Positions 47,689 to 61,248 of a stretch of 64,000 nt of DNA are shown here, piece after piece. Position numbers and translations under genes: made by a program. The notes beneath the pieces are model-generated. The model did not search any database. It worked only from the letters and a program-made list of their open reading frames with translations, and had not been told where the DNA came from. This DNA comes from Parcubacteria group bacterium M6-OD1-4 (GTDB lineage: Bacteria > Patescibacteriota > Patescibacteriia > Patescibacteriales > UBA12465): positions 124,630-188,629 of the forward strand of contig LSNS01000004.1 in the NCBI GenBank assembly GCA_003056205.1, in the 5' to 3' direction. The number at the start of each line of letters is the position of its first letter. Within the stretch, counting starts at the first letter, position 1.

Positions 47689-50087
47689 CGACTTTCTTGA
47701 TAATGCCAAACTGGTCCAACGGAAAAAACTTTATTATTTCCTTCCTGATGGATGAGAATTAATAAACGTAAATTCTGGAGGTTTTCTTGGAGTTTCACTC
47801 GTGAATTCGGAAAACTTAAATCTAAGGAATGCTTATTAGCAGAATAATTCAGAACCTTAAACTGCCGGGTAAAATCAATAATAGTTTCGTTATCGCTGGT
47901 ACTTAAAATTTGATTATTTAATTCTTTAATAATAATTTTTCGCAGAGAAAGCAGATTATTAGAGAAATTTTTAATATTCTGTGAAGCGGAAGGAACTTCT
48001 TTGTCTAACTGTAAGGCGGAAAACATTTTGAGCAGCATTGTATCATTAGCTAATAGTTCATTTACCAGATTTAAATTAGGCTCAATATAGGAATTGCGAT
48101 TTAATTTAATTAAACTATTAATATTAGCTCCAGTGGCGGCGGGAACAGGTATTAAATTTTCTAGAGGCAATTGTAAATTAATCCAAGTAGCCACTGCAGT
48201 TTCTAAATTCCGATTTTGCCAGGCCATAGATTGGGTAAAAGTTGGTGAATTTGATTTTGGAAAATTTAAAAATGTTTTAATTAAACTAAGAGTTGTCCAG
48301 TAATTATTAAGATGACTGATATTGCTCTTCAGCATTTCAGATTTTAACTTATTAACTTCCTGGGGATAATTCAAATAATTAGTATTCTCCGTAAAATAAG
48401 GATTATGCTCAATCGGATAAACTAAATTAATCGGATCCAAAACAAAACCATTACAACGTAAGAATTCTGGACGATTATCTTGTTGACAAACAGTAATATT
48501 GTCAAGAACAGTACTCGTTCCAAGATAAGTGCTTACCTGCGGACTTGTTAAATGGCTAAAAATATAATTATTCGGCCAATATGATTCGGCTAAAACTCGA
48601 AAGCCTAATTGAGCTTTAGTACTCGCTAAATTATGATTAAACGCTCCCGAAATGGCAGGAAATTTATAATCTAGAAGTCGTTGCTGAAATTTAGACAAGT
48701 TAGTATCAGCCTGTTTGTTTTGATCATTAAATAACTTAGTAATTTGATAGTGCGCTCCGAATAGGGATTGCAAGGCATCACGATAATTAACATAACTTAA
48801 ATCCTCTCTTAAACCCTTAAAGAAAGAAACTACTTTATAGATTCTCGCCCACTTATTTTTCAATTCAGGAGATAGCGAGAAATCTTGAGAGATTAGACTA
48901 GCCGCAATCAGATTAATTCGCCAATCCGATTGGTCTAACAAACAATGAGGACAATTAGCCTGACGATAGTTCAAAGGAAAAACAGAATTCAACCAACGAG
49001 TTGTTAAATAAAAATTATTTAATTTGGCATTAGTTTGGTAATCAGTGGGAACAATAAAATCTCGATAATTACGCTGATAAAGCAAAACTGGCGACTTAGT
49101 AGAAGTCTGATTTGCCGCGCGAATCAATTTTTCTTCAGTCAAAACATCGTCACGTAAATAAGGCGGGACAACAAAATAAAATTTATTAGCTTCCACCTTG
49201 CTAAAAAGTTTAGAATTAATGGAAGTTTGGTCAGAAGAGATTTGTTGCGCCTGAGGCTTTAATAGTTCTAAGGCAACAGCGAAAAAGGCTGTTTCTAGTC
49301 TTTCTCCTTCTAAAACCGAGTTATTAACATCGCCAATTCTTGCTAAATTAGTCTCATAACGATTGCGGGCAATAGTATAAAGTTTTTTATTAATATCCCA
49401 AAGATTATTGTAAAAAACATTCTTTTCAATATCTTTGAAAGATTTTTTAAGAGTATTTTGATAATTAGCAATCAAAAAATCGGAAGTAATTAAAACGGGA
49501 ATTTGTTTTTGATTTAAATTTTGATAAATAGCATAGAAATCAGGGGCTGATTTTGGCCAAGGATTATCCAGTAAAGCAAAGCCATTGTTATTTAAACTAT
49601 TAAGACCAGGATCGAGATTTAATTTTCGAGAAATATCATAATAATTCAGAACATCAACTTTAACATTAAGAGGTAAAGAATAATGCTTAACTTTAAAAGT
49701 TATTTTATTATCTGGAGATTGATAAAAACTAGCAAAAGTTAAATACTCAATTTTTAAATTAGCTAATGAAGAACTAGCTATTAAAACTGTATTGGTCGCT
49801 ATGGAATTTAAACTTGGTAAACTCGGAGAACTGGTGGCACTAGGTTTCACAGAATGTTTAATAAGTAGCGTCGAGCTTGTTGATGATTGTTGAGAACCAA
49901 TATGAGATTTTCTAAATTTGAAATAGGCACCAATTGCCAAAATAATTAAAATTAAGAAAATAATTAGCCAGAAAATGATTTTTTTAGAAGAAAAACGAGG
50001 TGGTCTCCCGTTCCCAGAATCAGCAGTTAAATTAGTCGCTGAAGAATTAGGGTCAGAAGATAAAATTGTAGCTTCTTCGTTAGGCAT
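47685..50087 (-). CDS. Membrane-anchored 800-aa extracytoplasmic protein, possibly DUF3160-like
   Basis: Cytoplasmic N-terminus, one TM segment (IIFWLIIFLILIILAIGAYF), an S/T-rich linker and a large Asn/Leu-rich domain. Resemblance to DUF3160 (IPVLITSDFL...) is from memory only. Confidence 0.45.
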   Translation of the reverse strand: MPNEEATILSSDPNSSATNLTADSGNGRPPRFSSKKIIFWLIIFLILIILAIGAYFKFRKSHIGSQQSSTSSTLLIKHSVKPSATSSPSLPSLNSIATNTVLIASSSLANLKIEYLTFASFYQSPDNKITFKVKHYSLPLNVKVDVLNYYDISRKLNLDPGLNSLNNNGFALLDNPWPKSAPDFYAIYQNLNQKQIPVLITSDFLIANYQNTLKKSFKDIEKNVFYNNLWDINKKLYTIARNRYETNLARIGDVNNSVLEGERLETAFFAVALELLKPQAQQISSDQTSINSKLFSKVEANKFYFVVPPYLRDDVLTEEKLIRAANQTSTKSPVLLYQRNYRDFIVPTDYQTNAKLNNFYLTTRWLNSVFPLNYRQANCPHCLLDQSDWRINLIAASLISQDFSLSPELKNKWARIYKVVSFFKGLREDLSYVNYRDALQSLFGAHYQITKLFNDQNKQADTNLSKFQQRLLDYKFPAISGAFNHNLASTKAQLGFRVLAESYWPNNYIFSHLTSPQVSTYLGTSTVLDNITVCQQDNRPEFLRCNGFVLDPINLVYPIEHNPYFTENTNYLNYPQEVNKLKSEMLKSNISHLNNYWTTLSLIKTFLNFPKSNSPTFTQSMAWQNRNLETAVATWINLQLPLENLIPVPAATGANINSLIKLNRNSYIEPNLNLVNELLANDTMLLKMFSALQLDKEVPSASQNIKNFSNNLLSLRKIIIKELNNQILSTSDNETIIDFTRQFKVLNYSANKHSLDLSFPNSRVKLQENLQNLRLLILIHQEGNNKVFSVGPVWHYQESR

Positions 50088-50092
50088 AAAAC

Positions 50093-51040
50093 TTATCTTA
50101 AATATTTATATCTATTTCTCAAATGTTGAGCATAGGTCTCCGCATAAACAACTTTCTGTGTTCCAGAGGGTGTTAAAAAATAATTATATTTAGTGTAAAT
50201 CGGATAAATTGCGGCTTGAATTGCTAAAATTCCAGGATTAGAAATTGGACCCGGAGGTAAACCAGGATATTTATAGGTATTATAACGAGAATCAATCTCT
50301 AAAGACTTACCCTGATGTTGCGCTTCTTGATCGTTTAAAATATAAGAGAGAGTCGCATCTGATTCTAGAGCTTGACCATTTTTGAGGCGGTCCCAGAAAA
50401 TACCTGCAATAATCCGCGCATCCCGATTACCATTTTGCTGATAATTAATTGGGGCTTCTTTTTCAACCAGTGAAGCCATTGTAATAATCTCATAAATTGT
50501 TTTCCCTTGCGATTTAATATCCGCTCTCATTTTTGGAGTTAATTTCTTGTTAAAATTGCTTAACATTTTAGAAATTATTTCTTTTACCGTTGAACTAGCA
50601 TAAACTTGATAAGTATCGGGAAATAAATATCCTTCTAAAGTAGCCCGGGATGGGCGGTTTTTTAAAAAAGGAAATTTATTAGAAAAATAAGTACTAGTCG
50701 CAAATTGACCACTAGGGAAATTCTTCTGGGCTGAACCCGCAACCCGCAAAAAATCATGATTAGTCCAGTTTTCTTTAGTTGCTAGATAATCAGCAATATC
50801 TTTATTGGTCCAACCCTCAGGAATTTGGATTGTTTCTTCTGGCTTTTCCCGAACTACCTGAGGACGAGGTGATTCAAAACGATCAATAACGCGAATAATA
50901 AAACTGGGTAATTCTGATTTATGAGTCAGTATGACTTGGTGATAAATAAATTTAATATAAAAGAGGCTGAGGACTAAAGTGGTCGCTAAAAAAATAATAA
51001 CGATAATGGAGAAATAATGAACTATTTTTTTAATAATCAT
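50093..51040 (-). CDS. mltG: Endolytic murein transglycosylase MltG (YceG family)
   Basis: N-terminal TM segment, then ASLVEKEA, ESDATLSY and YNTYKYPGLPPGPISNPG motifs. Confidence 0.9.
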   Translation of the reverse strand: MIIKKIVHYFSIIVIIFLATTLVLSLFYIKFIYHQVILTHKSELPSFIIRVIDRFESPRPQVVREKPEETIQIPEGWTNKDIADYLATKENWTNHDFLRVAGSAQKNFPSGQFATSTYFSNKFPFLKNRPSRATLEGYLFPDTYQVYASSTVKEIISKMLSNFNKKLTPKMRADIKSQGKTIYEIITMASLVEKEAPINYQQNGNRDARIIAGIFWDRLKNGQALESDATLSYILNDQEAQHQGKSLEIDSRYNTYKYPGLPPGPISNPGILAIQAAIYPIYTKYNYFLTPSGTQKVVYAETYAQHLRNRYKYLR

Positions 51041-51553
51041 TTAATTTTTAGGTGATTTAGTAACTAAGATTTGTTTCTTGACTGAAGGGGATTTCTGAAC
51101 TTGTTTGGCGAAACGTTTTTTCTTAGCTGTGGCAATAATCTTGGAGCTGGCTCTAATTTTTTTACCAAGACCATCGACCATTTTAATGTTTAATTTTTGA
51201 CAAAGTGCATATTCCGGAACATCGTTGACATTCTTGCGATCTCCACCATTAGCAAAAATATCTGGTTTAATTTTTTGAAGAGAACGACAAACTGAATAAT
51301 CTTGATCAATTGCTAAGAAAACTTCATCAACGCCTTTAATGGCTTGGACAATTTTTAAACGATCGGTAGCCGACATAAAAGGAACACTACCCTTTAGTTT
51401 AACTTGATAATCATTATTGATAATAGCAATCAACTTATCCCCTAACTTTTGAGCTTGAAAAATCATGTCTAAATGACCAATATGTAGTGGATTAAAATAA
51501 CCAGAAATAGCGACGACAATAGGTTTTTTACGAGCAGGTTGAGACTTTTTCAT
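51041..51553 (-). CDS. Cytidylyl/adenylyltransferase-family protein (HxGH nucleotidyltransferase)
   Basis: SGYFNPLHIGHLDM (HIGH motif); 170 aa with a Lys-rich C-terminal tail. The substrate cannot be assigned from sequence. Confidence 0.7.
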   Translation of the reverse strand: MKKSQPARKKPIVVAISGYFNPLHIGHLDMIFQAQKLGDKLIAIINNDYQVKLKGSVPFMSATDRLKIVQAIKGVDEVFLAIDQDYSVCRSLQKIKPDIFANGGDRKNVNDVPEYALCQKLNIKMVDGLGKKIRASSKIIATAKKKRFAKQVQKSPSVKKQILVTKSPKN

Positions 51554-51619
51554 AAATTTTATTTTAACTAGATAAGAATATTATAACAAAATAATTCAAA
51601 TATTAAAACCTTGTTTTTT

Positions 51620-51649
51620 AAAAAAACCGCTCAACAATGAACGGTTTTT
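51620..51649 (-). terminator. Rho-independent terminator after groEL
   Basis: The minus strand reads AAAAACCGtTCAttgtTGAgCGGTTTTTTT. Confidence 0.65.
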
Positions 51650-51674
51650 AGTGATTATAATTTGAGATAATAAA

Positions 51675-53640
<1,966 letters not shown>

Positions 53641-53668
53641 ATTTTTTCTAATATTAAATTAATTAGTG

Positions 53669-53695
53669 TTAGCACTCACTAACTGAGAGTGCCAA
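53669..53695 (-). promoter_or_regulatory. CIRCE operator upstream of groES (one mismatch to consensus)
   Basis: The plus strand reads TTAGCACTC-N9(ACTAACTGA)-GAGTGCCAA, located between the candidate -10 and the groES start. Confidence 0.8.
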
Positions 53696-53705
53696 TTACC
53701 TTTTC

Positions 53706-53734
53706 ATTTTAGACTTTTTAAAATTACTTGTCAA
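53706..53734 (-). promoter_or_regulatory. Candidate groESL promoter (TTGACA-17-TAAAAT)
   Basis: On the minus strand: TTGACA (53734..53729) and TAAAAT (53711..53706). CIRCE begins 10 nt downstream. Confidence 0.5.
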
Positions 53735-53771
53735 GACTTTCGAAAGATAATAGAAAAGCTTAAAAAATAAT

Positions 53772-53801
53772 AAAAAAAATCGTCTCCCGAAAGAAGACGA
53801 T
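53772..53801 (-). terminator. Rho-independent terminator of the 282-aa orphan gene
   Basis: The minus strand reads ATCGTCT-tctttcggg-AGACGAT followed by T8. Confidence 0.65.
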
Positions 53802-53825
53802 TCTTGATAATAATAAACAAAAGAA

Positions 53826-54674
53826 TTAATTGTTTTGTTCGCTGGAAACAACCATGCCGACTATCTTTACTCGTCCTTGTGAGCTAAGCATAAAATTAGT
53901 TAAAGCCTCTCCTAAATCAGTGAGCTGTTTCTGTCCAGTGGCAAAGATAATAATATAAAAAGGATTCTCTACAGTAAACCTGGAATCAAAACCATGATCT
54001 CCGAGAGAAATTCCCGCTAAAACTTCAGCCTCTCGAGCAACATAATCTACTTCTACTCCTAAACCTAAAGCAGCCGATATAAATCTTGGTGGTAGATCAG
54101 GAACTTGATGGGCATTAAATCTGGCTGTGCCATCAATAATCACCATTCTCTCGTTGTGAATCTCCGCACTAAAATCTTTTTTTTCAAGATGATGATATTC
54201 AGCTCCTAGGAGAGCGGCCTGTTTTTTAGCAAAATACTGAGCAAGCTCATCACTAGTTCTCACTCCTTCGGGCAAAGATTCACCCTTCTTGAGCATATCA
54301 GCAAATTTAATAGCACCGGCTCCACACTCATCATGGCTGGTAACAATTTTAAGTTTTCCTTTATTATTTTTAACAAATTCCTCATTCTCCGAGGAACTGA
54401 ATAAAATACCCGATCCTGCTAAACCAAGTTTTTCATTCTGAGAAAGCATTGAATCGCCATTAACTCGGCCATCAGAACATTCCATAATATCCAGAATACC
54501 ACTAGATTTAAAGGATTTTGAAAACCCCGATAATTCTTCCAGAGTATCACGAAGACCTTCGCTAGCATTCAAGCCAACAATTAAAGGATTAGCTTGAGAT
54601 TCCTCCCATTCCCGATCAAACAACTCTTGACGAATATCATGTCGGAGATTGTTTTCAATTTTTAATTCTGCCAT
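53826..54674 (-). CDS. Hypothetical protein with a beta-carbonic-anhydrase-like CxDxR / HxxC motif pair
   Basis: 282 aa and soluble. MECSDGRV (C66, D68, R70) and VTSHDECGAGAI (H114, C117). It appears monocistronic, with its own terminator and a plausible promoter. Confidence 0.45.
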   Translation of the reverse strand: MAELKIENNLRHDIRQELFDREWEESQANPLIVGLNASEGLRDTLEELSGFSKSFKSSGILDIMECSDGRVNGDSMLSQNEKLGLAGSGILFSSSENEEFVKNNKGKLKIVTSHDECGAGAIKFADMLKKGESLPEGVRTSDELAQYFAKKQAALLGAEYHHLEKKDFSAEIHNERMVIIDGTARFNAHQVPDLPPRFISAALGLGVEVDYVAREAEVLAGISLGDHGFDSRFTVENPFYIIIFATGQKQLTDLGEALTNFMLSSQGRVKIVGMVVSSEQNN

Positions 54675-54767
54675 AATTTTGTTTTTTGATTTTTAAAATG
54701 AACATTTATAATATTACTAATAAATAATATTTATCTGAAAATATTGTGTTAAGTAATAAGCTCTTAA

Positions 54768-55205
54768 CTATTTAATTCCTTTAAGCCGTCGCCAACGCTT
54801 GACCGCTCGGTGACGTGCTAATTCTTTATCTATCCTGGCGGTTAAAGAGAAAAATTCCCTTCCTTGATGATCCTTAAGCTTCTTCTTCAATTCATCGGCT
54901 CGGGTATAAGCCTCATTAACACGCTGATCATCAATTTCTGCAGCCCGCTCAGCGGTGTCTGCTAAAATTACAACTTTACCTTTCATAACTTCAATAAAAC
55001 CACCAGAGACCGACATAATATCCAGGGAGCCATCAGTTAATTTAATTTCAATAACTCCAGCTTGTAAGATTGAAATCAAAGGGATATGTCCAGGCAAAAC
55101 AGTGATTTCACCACTAGTGGTCGGAACAGAAACCTGGAGAATCTTCTCTTTTAAAACTACTCTCTCTAGAGTAACAATCTCAAATTTTATAGTCTTCTTG
55201 TCCAT
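54768..55205 (-). CDS. atpC: F1 ATP synthase epsilon subunit
   Basis: 145 aa; a beta-sandwich N-terminal region (FEIVTLERVV...GEITVLPGHIPL) and a helical C-terminus. Last gene of the atp operon. Confidence 0.9.
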   Translation of the reverse strand: MDKKTIKFEIVTLERVVLKEKILQVSVPTTSGEITVLPGHIPLISILQAGVIEIKLTDGSLDIMSVSGGFIEVMKGKVVILADTAERAAEIDDQRVNEAYTRADELKKKLKDHQGREFFSLTARIDKELARHRAVKRWRRLKGIK

Positions 55206-55222
55206 AATTTAACTTAATTAAA

Positions 55223-56611
<1,389 letters not shown>

Positions 56612-56615
56612 TTAT

Positions 56616-57563
56616 TTATTCAGCTAAAGCGTTAGCGCCAGCACTTATTTCCGCTATTTCAGCAGTAATACTAGCTTGGCGTGCTTTATTATAAAACAAA
56701 GTTAATTCATTGACCATATCATCGGCAGCTTCAGTAGCTTGATTCATAGCACTCATTCGAGCACTATGTTCCGAAGCACTAGCTTCTAAAAAAGCTTGAT
56801 AAAGCTGGACTTCAATCAAGCGCGGAATCATTTTATCTAAAACTTCTTGAGGATTGGGCTCAAAAAAATATTCATAAACAAAATCATCTTGACTTAAATG
56901 TTTTTCTTCTCGAGCGGCAGCATCTTCGGGAGTCAAACCAATTTTAGAATCTTTACCAATAATACCTAAATATTCTTCATTCTCTAAAGTAACTGGTAAT
57001 AATTGCTTAATCCGTGGAACCTGGGTAACGGCATTCACAAAATCAGTGTAAGCCACTAAAACTTTATCATATTTTCCAGATTGATAGGCATCCAAAACCA
57101 TTTTTGCTAAAGGATAAACTTCTTGAGAATCAGTAATTAAATCATTTTTTTTAAAATCTGCGACAATATTATAATCTTGATTACGAATTATAGAACCTTT
57201 CGTCCCAACGAGAATAAAATCGGTTTCTAAATTATGTTTTTTAACTGATTCTTTGGCCTTAGAAATTATTAAGGAATTATAGCCACCGCACATCCCCCGG
57301 TTAGAAGTAATCAGGATAATGGCCACACGTTTAATCTCTGATCGCAATTCTAACAGCGGATGAGAAAATTCTGCTTGGCTGATGGGAGCTTGGACTAAAT
57401 GAAGAACCGTCTCCCAACTGAGATTAGCATAAGTTCGCGTTTTTAAAACCGCCGAAATTGCTTTTTTCATTTTAGCTGCCGCCACCATTTCCATCGCTTT
57501 CGTAATCTTACGAGTACTAGTGACAGATTTAATGCGACGAGAAATTTCTTTAGTATTAGCCAT
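56616..57563 (-). CDS. atpG: F1 ATP synthase gamma subunit
   Basis: KEISRRIKSVTSTRKITKAMEMVAAAK at the N-terminus and ITAEIAEISAGA at the C-terminus. Confidence 0.95.
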   Translation of the reverse strand: MANTKEISRRIKSVTSTRKITKAMEMVAAAKMKKAISAVLKTRTYANLSWETVLHLVQAPISQAEFSHPLLELRSEIKRVAIILITSNRGMCGGYNSLIISKAKESVKKHNLETDFILVGTKGSIIRNQDYNIVADFKKNDLITDSQEVYPLAKMVLDAYQSGKYDKVLVAYTDFVNAVTQVPRIKQLLPVTLENEEYLGIIGKDSKIGLTPEDAAAREEKHLSQDDFVYEYFFEPNPQEVLDKMIPRLIEVQLYQAFLEASASEHSARMSAMNQATEAADDMVNELTLFYNKARQASITAEIAEISAGANALAE

Positions 57564-57565
57564 AA

Positions 57566-59089
57566 TTACTTAAGTAAATAATCAAGAGTTAATTTATAAT
57601 CAGCAAGTAGAGTCTTTATTAATTTTTCAATCTCTTCATCTAAGGCTTTTCTAGTATTAATAAGTTTTAAAACCTCATCATGTAAATCAGCATATTGATA
57701 TAAATTAGCTTCAAATTCTCGCACACGCTTGACAGGAACATCGTCTAAAAATCCATTAGTTAAAGCATAATAAATCAAAACCTGTTTAGCCACCGCTAGC
57801 GGCTGGTATTGATCTTGTTTGAAAATTTCATATAAACGTTGTCCTCGATTTAATTTATTCTTAGTTTCTATATCAAGATCGGAACCAAATTGAGCAAAAG
57901 CTGCTAATTCTCGATATTGGGCAGCTTCTAAACGCATACGACCAGCCACTTTCTTCATCGCTTTAATTTGTGCTGATGAACCAACACGAGAAACTGATAA
58001 ACCCGCGTTAACAGCCGGGCGATTACCTTTATAAAATAAATCTGGTTCTAAGAAAATTTGACCATCAGTAATCGAGATAACATTCGTCGGAATATAAGCT
58101 GACAAATCTCCAGCTTGAGTTTCAATAATTGGCAAAGCGGTAATTGACCCACCACCATACTCTTTATTTAGCTTACAAGACCTCTCTAATAGCCGAGAAT
58201 GAAGATAGAAAACATCTCCTGGATAAGCCTCTCGTCCTGGTGGGCGACGTAATAACAAAGATATTTCCCGATAAGAAACAGCGTGTTTTGATAAATCATC
58301 ATAAATAATTAAAACATCTTCACCCTTATCTAAAAAGTATTCCGCCATCGCGCAACCAGAATAAGGAGAAATATATAACAAGGAGGCAGAGCTAGCAGCT
58401 CCAGCCAAAACTACTGTTGTATATTTCAGGGCTCCTGCCTCTTTTAACTTAGAAACAATATTAGAAACTTTAGATTCTTTTTGTCCAATAGCGACATAAA
58501 TACACTTCATGTTCTGACCTTTCTGATTAATAATAGTATCAATCGCTAAAGCAGTTTTACCTAACTGACGATCACCAATAATTAGCTCCCGTTGTCCCCG
58601 ACCGATAGGAATCATCGCATCAATTGCTTTAATACCAGTTTGCACTGGTTCTTTCACGGGATCACGAGTAATTACGCCTGGAGCAATTTTTTCAATTGGA
58701 TAAAATTTACTAGCAGTGATTTTCCCCTGACCATCTAGAGGTTCTCCTAAAGGATCAACAACACGACCAATTAAAGCTTCGCCAACTGGTACCTCTAAAA
58801 TTCTTTTGGTGGCCAGTACTTCATCCCCTTCTTTAATGGCCGTATAATCACCAAAAATAATAGCTCCCACCTGATTCTCTTCTAAGTTTAAAGCGACACC
58901 ACTAACCTCGCCACGACTAGTTTTGAAAGTTAAAATTTCACTCATCATCGCTTCCGATAATCCAGAGACTAAAGCAATTCCATCAAAAATTTTTAAAACT
59001 CGTCCAACTGATTGTTCTTCAATTTTAACTTGAAAACCAGAAATCTCTTTTTTTAATTGCTCAATGATAAAATCCTTTGTACTAGACAT
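57566..59089 (-). CDS. atpA: F1 ATP synthase alpha subunit
   Basis: GDRQLGKTA Walker [42 protein letters not shown]. Confidence 0.97.
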   Translation of the reverse strand: MSSTKDFIIEQLKKEISGFQVKIEEQSVGRVLKIFDGIALVSGLSEAMMSEILTFKTSRGEVSGVALNLEENQVGAIIFGDYTAIKEGDEVLATKRILEVPVGEALIGRVVDPLGEPLDGQGKITASKFYPIEKIAPGVITRDPVKEPVQTGIKAIDAMIPIGRGQRELIIGDRQLGKTALAIDTIINQKGQNMKCIYVAIGQKESKVSNIVSKLKEAGALKYTTVVLAGAASSASLLYISPYSGCAMAEYFLDKGEDVLIIYDDLSKHAVSYREISLLLRRPPGREAYPGDVFYLHSRLLERSCKLNKEYGGGSITALPIIETQAGDLSAYIPTNVISITDGQIFLEPDLFYKGNRPAVNAGLSVSRVGSSAQIKAMKKVAGRMRLEAAQYRELAAFAQFGSDLDIETKNKLNRGQRLYEIFKQDQYQPLAVAKQVLIYYALTNGFLDDVPVKRVREFEANLYQYADLHDEVLKLINTRKALDEEIEKLIKTLLADYKLTLDYLLK

Positions 59090-59100
59090 ATTATTTAAAA

Positions 59101-59505
59101 CTAATTAGTAATTCTATTTTTTAATTTTTCTAAGTTACTTCGCAAACTACCATCGACTATTCGACTCTGATATCTTAAAATAAATCCGCCCTGTAAATTC
59201 TTTTGTATCTTTTCTCGCAAATTTATTTTAGTCATTCCAGTGCGTTTTTGGAGATAAGAAACAATTAATTCTTTCCCCGTTGACTCTAACTGACGAGCAC
59301 TTAATAGCTCAACAGTTAACTCACCATGTTCACGATCCCATATTTCTTGAAAATCTTTAATAATTTCCACCGCTTGTCCTAAATCATGCTGACGGACTAA
59401 AATTAGTCCTAAGTTATGGACTAGTTTTTCTAGTTCTGGCTTACTCTTATCACCAATTACCTCAAAAAGGCTTTGGGCATATTGTCGACTAGATATTGTC
59501 ATCAT
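59101..59505 (-). CDS. atpH: F1 ATP synthase delta (OSCP) subunit, short form
   Basis: YAQSLFEV N-terminal motif, [24 protein letters not shown]-terminal motif, and the expected operon position. It is 134 aa against about 180 aa typical. Confidence 0.8.
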   Translation of the reverse strand: MMTISSRQYAQSLFEVIGDKSKPELEKLVHNLGLILVRQHDLGQAVEIIKDFQEIWDREHGELTVELLSARQLESTGKELIVSYLQKRTGMTKINLREKIQKNLQGGFILRYQSRIVDGSLRSNLEKLKNRITN

Positions 59506-59548
59506 ATTTCGTTAATTAAATTCTTTAAGCAATATCGAGATACTTAAA

Positions 59549-60037
59549 TTATTTAATTAAAGTTTTAATTAATTTTTGATCTTGCTGACTATCCATTTTT
59601 TCGGCTAATAATTTTTCAACCGTCAAGATGACCAAATCAGCAACTTCTTTTTTAATTTCCTTTAAAGTTTCTGATTTTTCTCTAAGTAATTTAGCCTTTT
59701 CATCATTAATTACTTGTCCAATATCTTCTTTGGCCTGGATTAACAGTTGTTGACGCTTTTTCTCCCCATTCTTGTTAGCTTCCTCAATAATTAAATTGGC
59801 TTGTTTCTTGGCAGCTACAATGACCGCTTCTCGCTCTTTAGTGGTTAAAGCTAAGCGTTTCTCAATTTCATCGGCATTTTTAAGACTTTTATCAATCTTT
59901 TCAGAGCGCTCCGCCATAATCTTCACTAGGGGTTTGAAAGCAAAATAATACAAAAGTCCAAAAACAATTGCAAAGTTAACTAATTGGGCAATGAATAACT
60001 TTAAATCTAAATGAAAAATAGAAATTAATGAGTCCAT
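59549..60037 (-). CDS. atpF: Fo ATP synthase subunit b
   Basis: A single N-terminal TM segment followed by a long charged helix; expected operon position. Confidence 0.9.
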   Translation of the reverse strand: MDSLISIFHLDLKLFIAQLVNFAIVFGLLYYFAFKPLVKIMAERSEKIDKSLKNADEIEKRLALTTKEREAVIVAAKKQANLIIEEANKNGEKKRQQLLIQAKEDIGQVINDEKAKLLREKSETLKEIKKEVADLVILTVEKLLAEKMDSQQDQKLIKTLIK

Positions 60038-60124
60038 AATTGTAAACTAAAGAAATAAAAAATAATTATCTAGCCTTTTCTCCTAACTTTAATTAGGAGA
60101 AATTCGTCAAATCATTATTTGAGA

Positions 60125-60352
<228 letters not shown>

Positions 60353-60393
60353 TTAACAAACTTAATATTTGTTTCCACTTTTTATTATATAAA

Positions 60394-61206
60394 TTAATTT
60401 TCTTCAACTGTGGTGCTAATTGTTAAGTATGTTAACACTAACATCGCAAAAATTAAAGCCTGAATAAACCCAACCAACAATTCCAGAAAAATAAAGGGGA
60501 TTGGTACTCCCCAAGCCAAAATAGCGGACATCGATGCCAATAACACTTCTCCGGCAAAAACATTACCAAATAAACGAAAAGATAGGCTCGCCACTTTAGC
60601 TAATTCACCAATTACTTCAATTAAACTCACAAAAGCTTTAATAGGATTAACCAGAATAACCATCGGATCTTTTCTAATTTTTTTCGGAATATCTAAAAAA
60701 GCTTGAATATTAATAAAACGATTAAAATATTTCCACCAGCCAATAACAACTACTCCTAAAATATGACTTAAAACCACCCCCATAGTTGCCAAAGCAAGCG
60801 TAGTATTTAAATCAGCCGTTCCTCCTCGAAAATAAGGGATAAAAAAATCTTTTCCGCCAGTTCTAATCACTTGGCCAATTGAACCCACGCCTGGCAATAG
60901 CCCCATCCAATTATTAATCAAAATAAAGAAAAATAAAGCAAAAATGACGGGAGCAAATTGTAACGATTTCTTACGACTGCCAGTGATACCGTCAAAAGTC
61001 TCTAAAGAGGCATCAATAATTATTTCTAAGGCATTTTGTAAGCCACTCGGAACTTGTTTCAAATTACGCCGAATTAGAAAAACTAAAACTAAAATAATAA
61101 GTAAAGCTAAGGCGGAAGTCATTAAAGAATTGGTAACAATAAAACTTCCAATATGAGCAATCGGTTCCGAATATAATGTATTTTCATGAATGAGCGACTC
61201 AAGCAT
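60394..61206 (-). CDS. atpB: Fo ATP synthase subunit a
   Basis: SLSFRLFGNVFAGE, with the essential Arg, and polytopic topology; 270 aa. Confidence 0.95.
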   Translation of the reverse strand: MLESLIHENTLYSEPIAHIGSFIVTNSLMTSALALLIILVLVFLIRRNLKQVPSGLQNALEIIIDASLETFDGITGSRKKSLQFAPVIFALFFFILINNWMGLLPGVGSIGQVIRTGGKDFFIPYFRGGTADLNTTLALATMGVVLSHILGVVVIGWWKYFNRFINIQAFLDIPKKIRKDPMVILVNPIKAFVSLIEVIGELAKVASLSFRLFGNVFAGEVLLASMSAILAWGVPIPFIFLELLVGFIQALIFAMLVLTYLTISTTVEEN

Positions 61207-61248
61207 TTTATTTATTCTCTAATACTAGCTTTAATTATATTAATGAGT

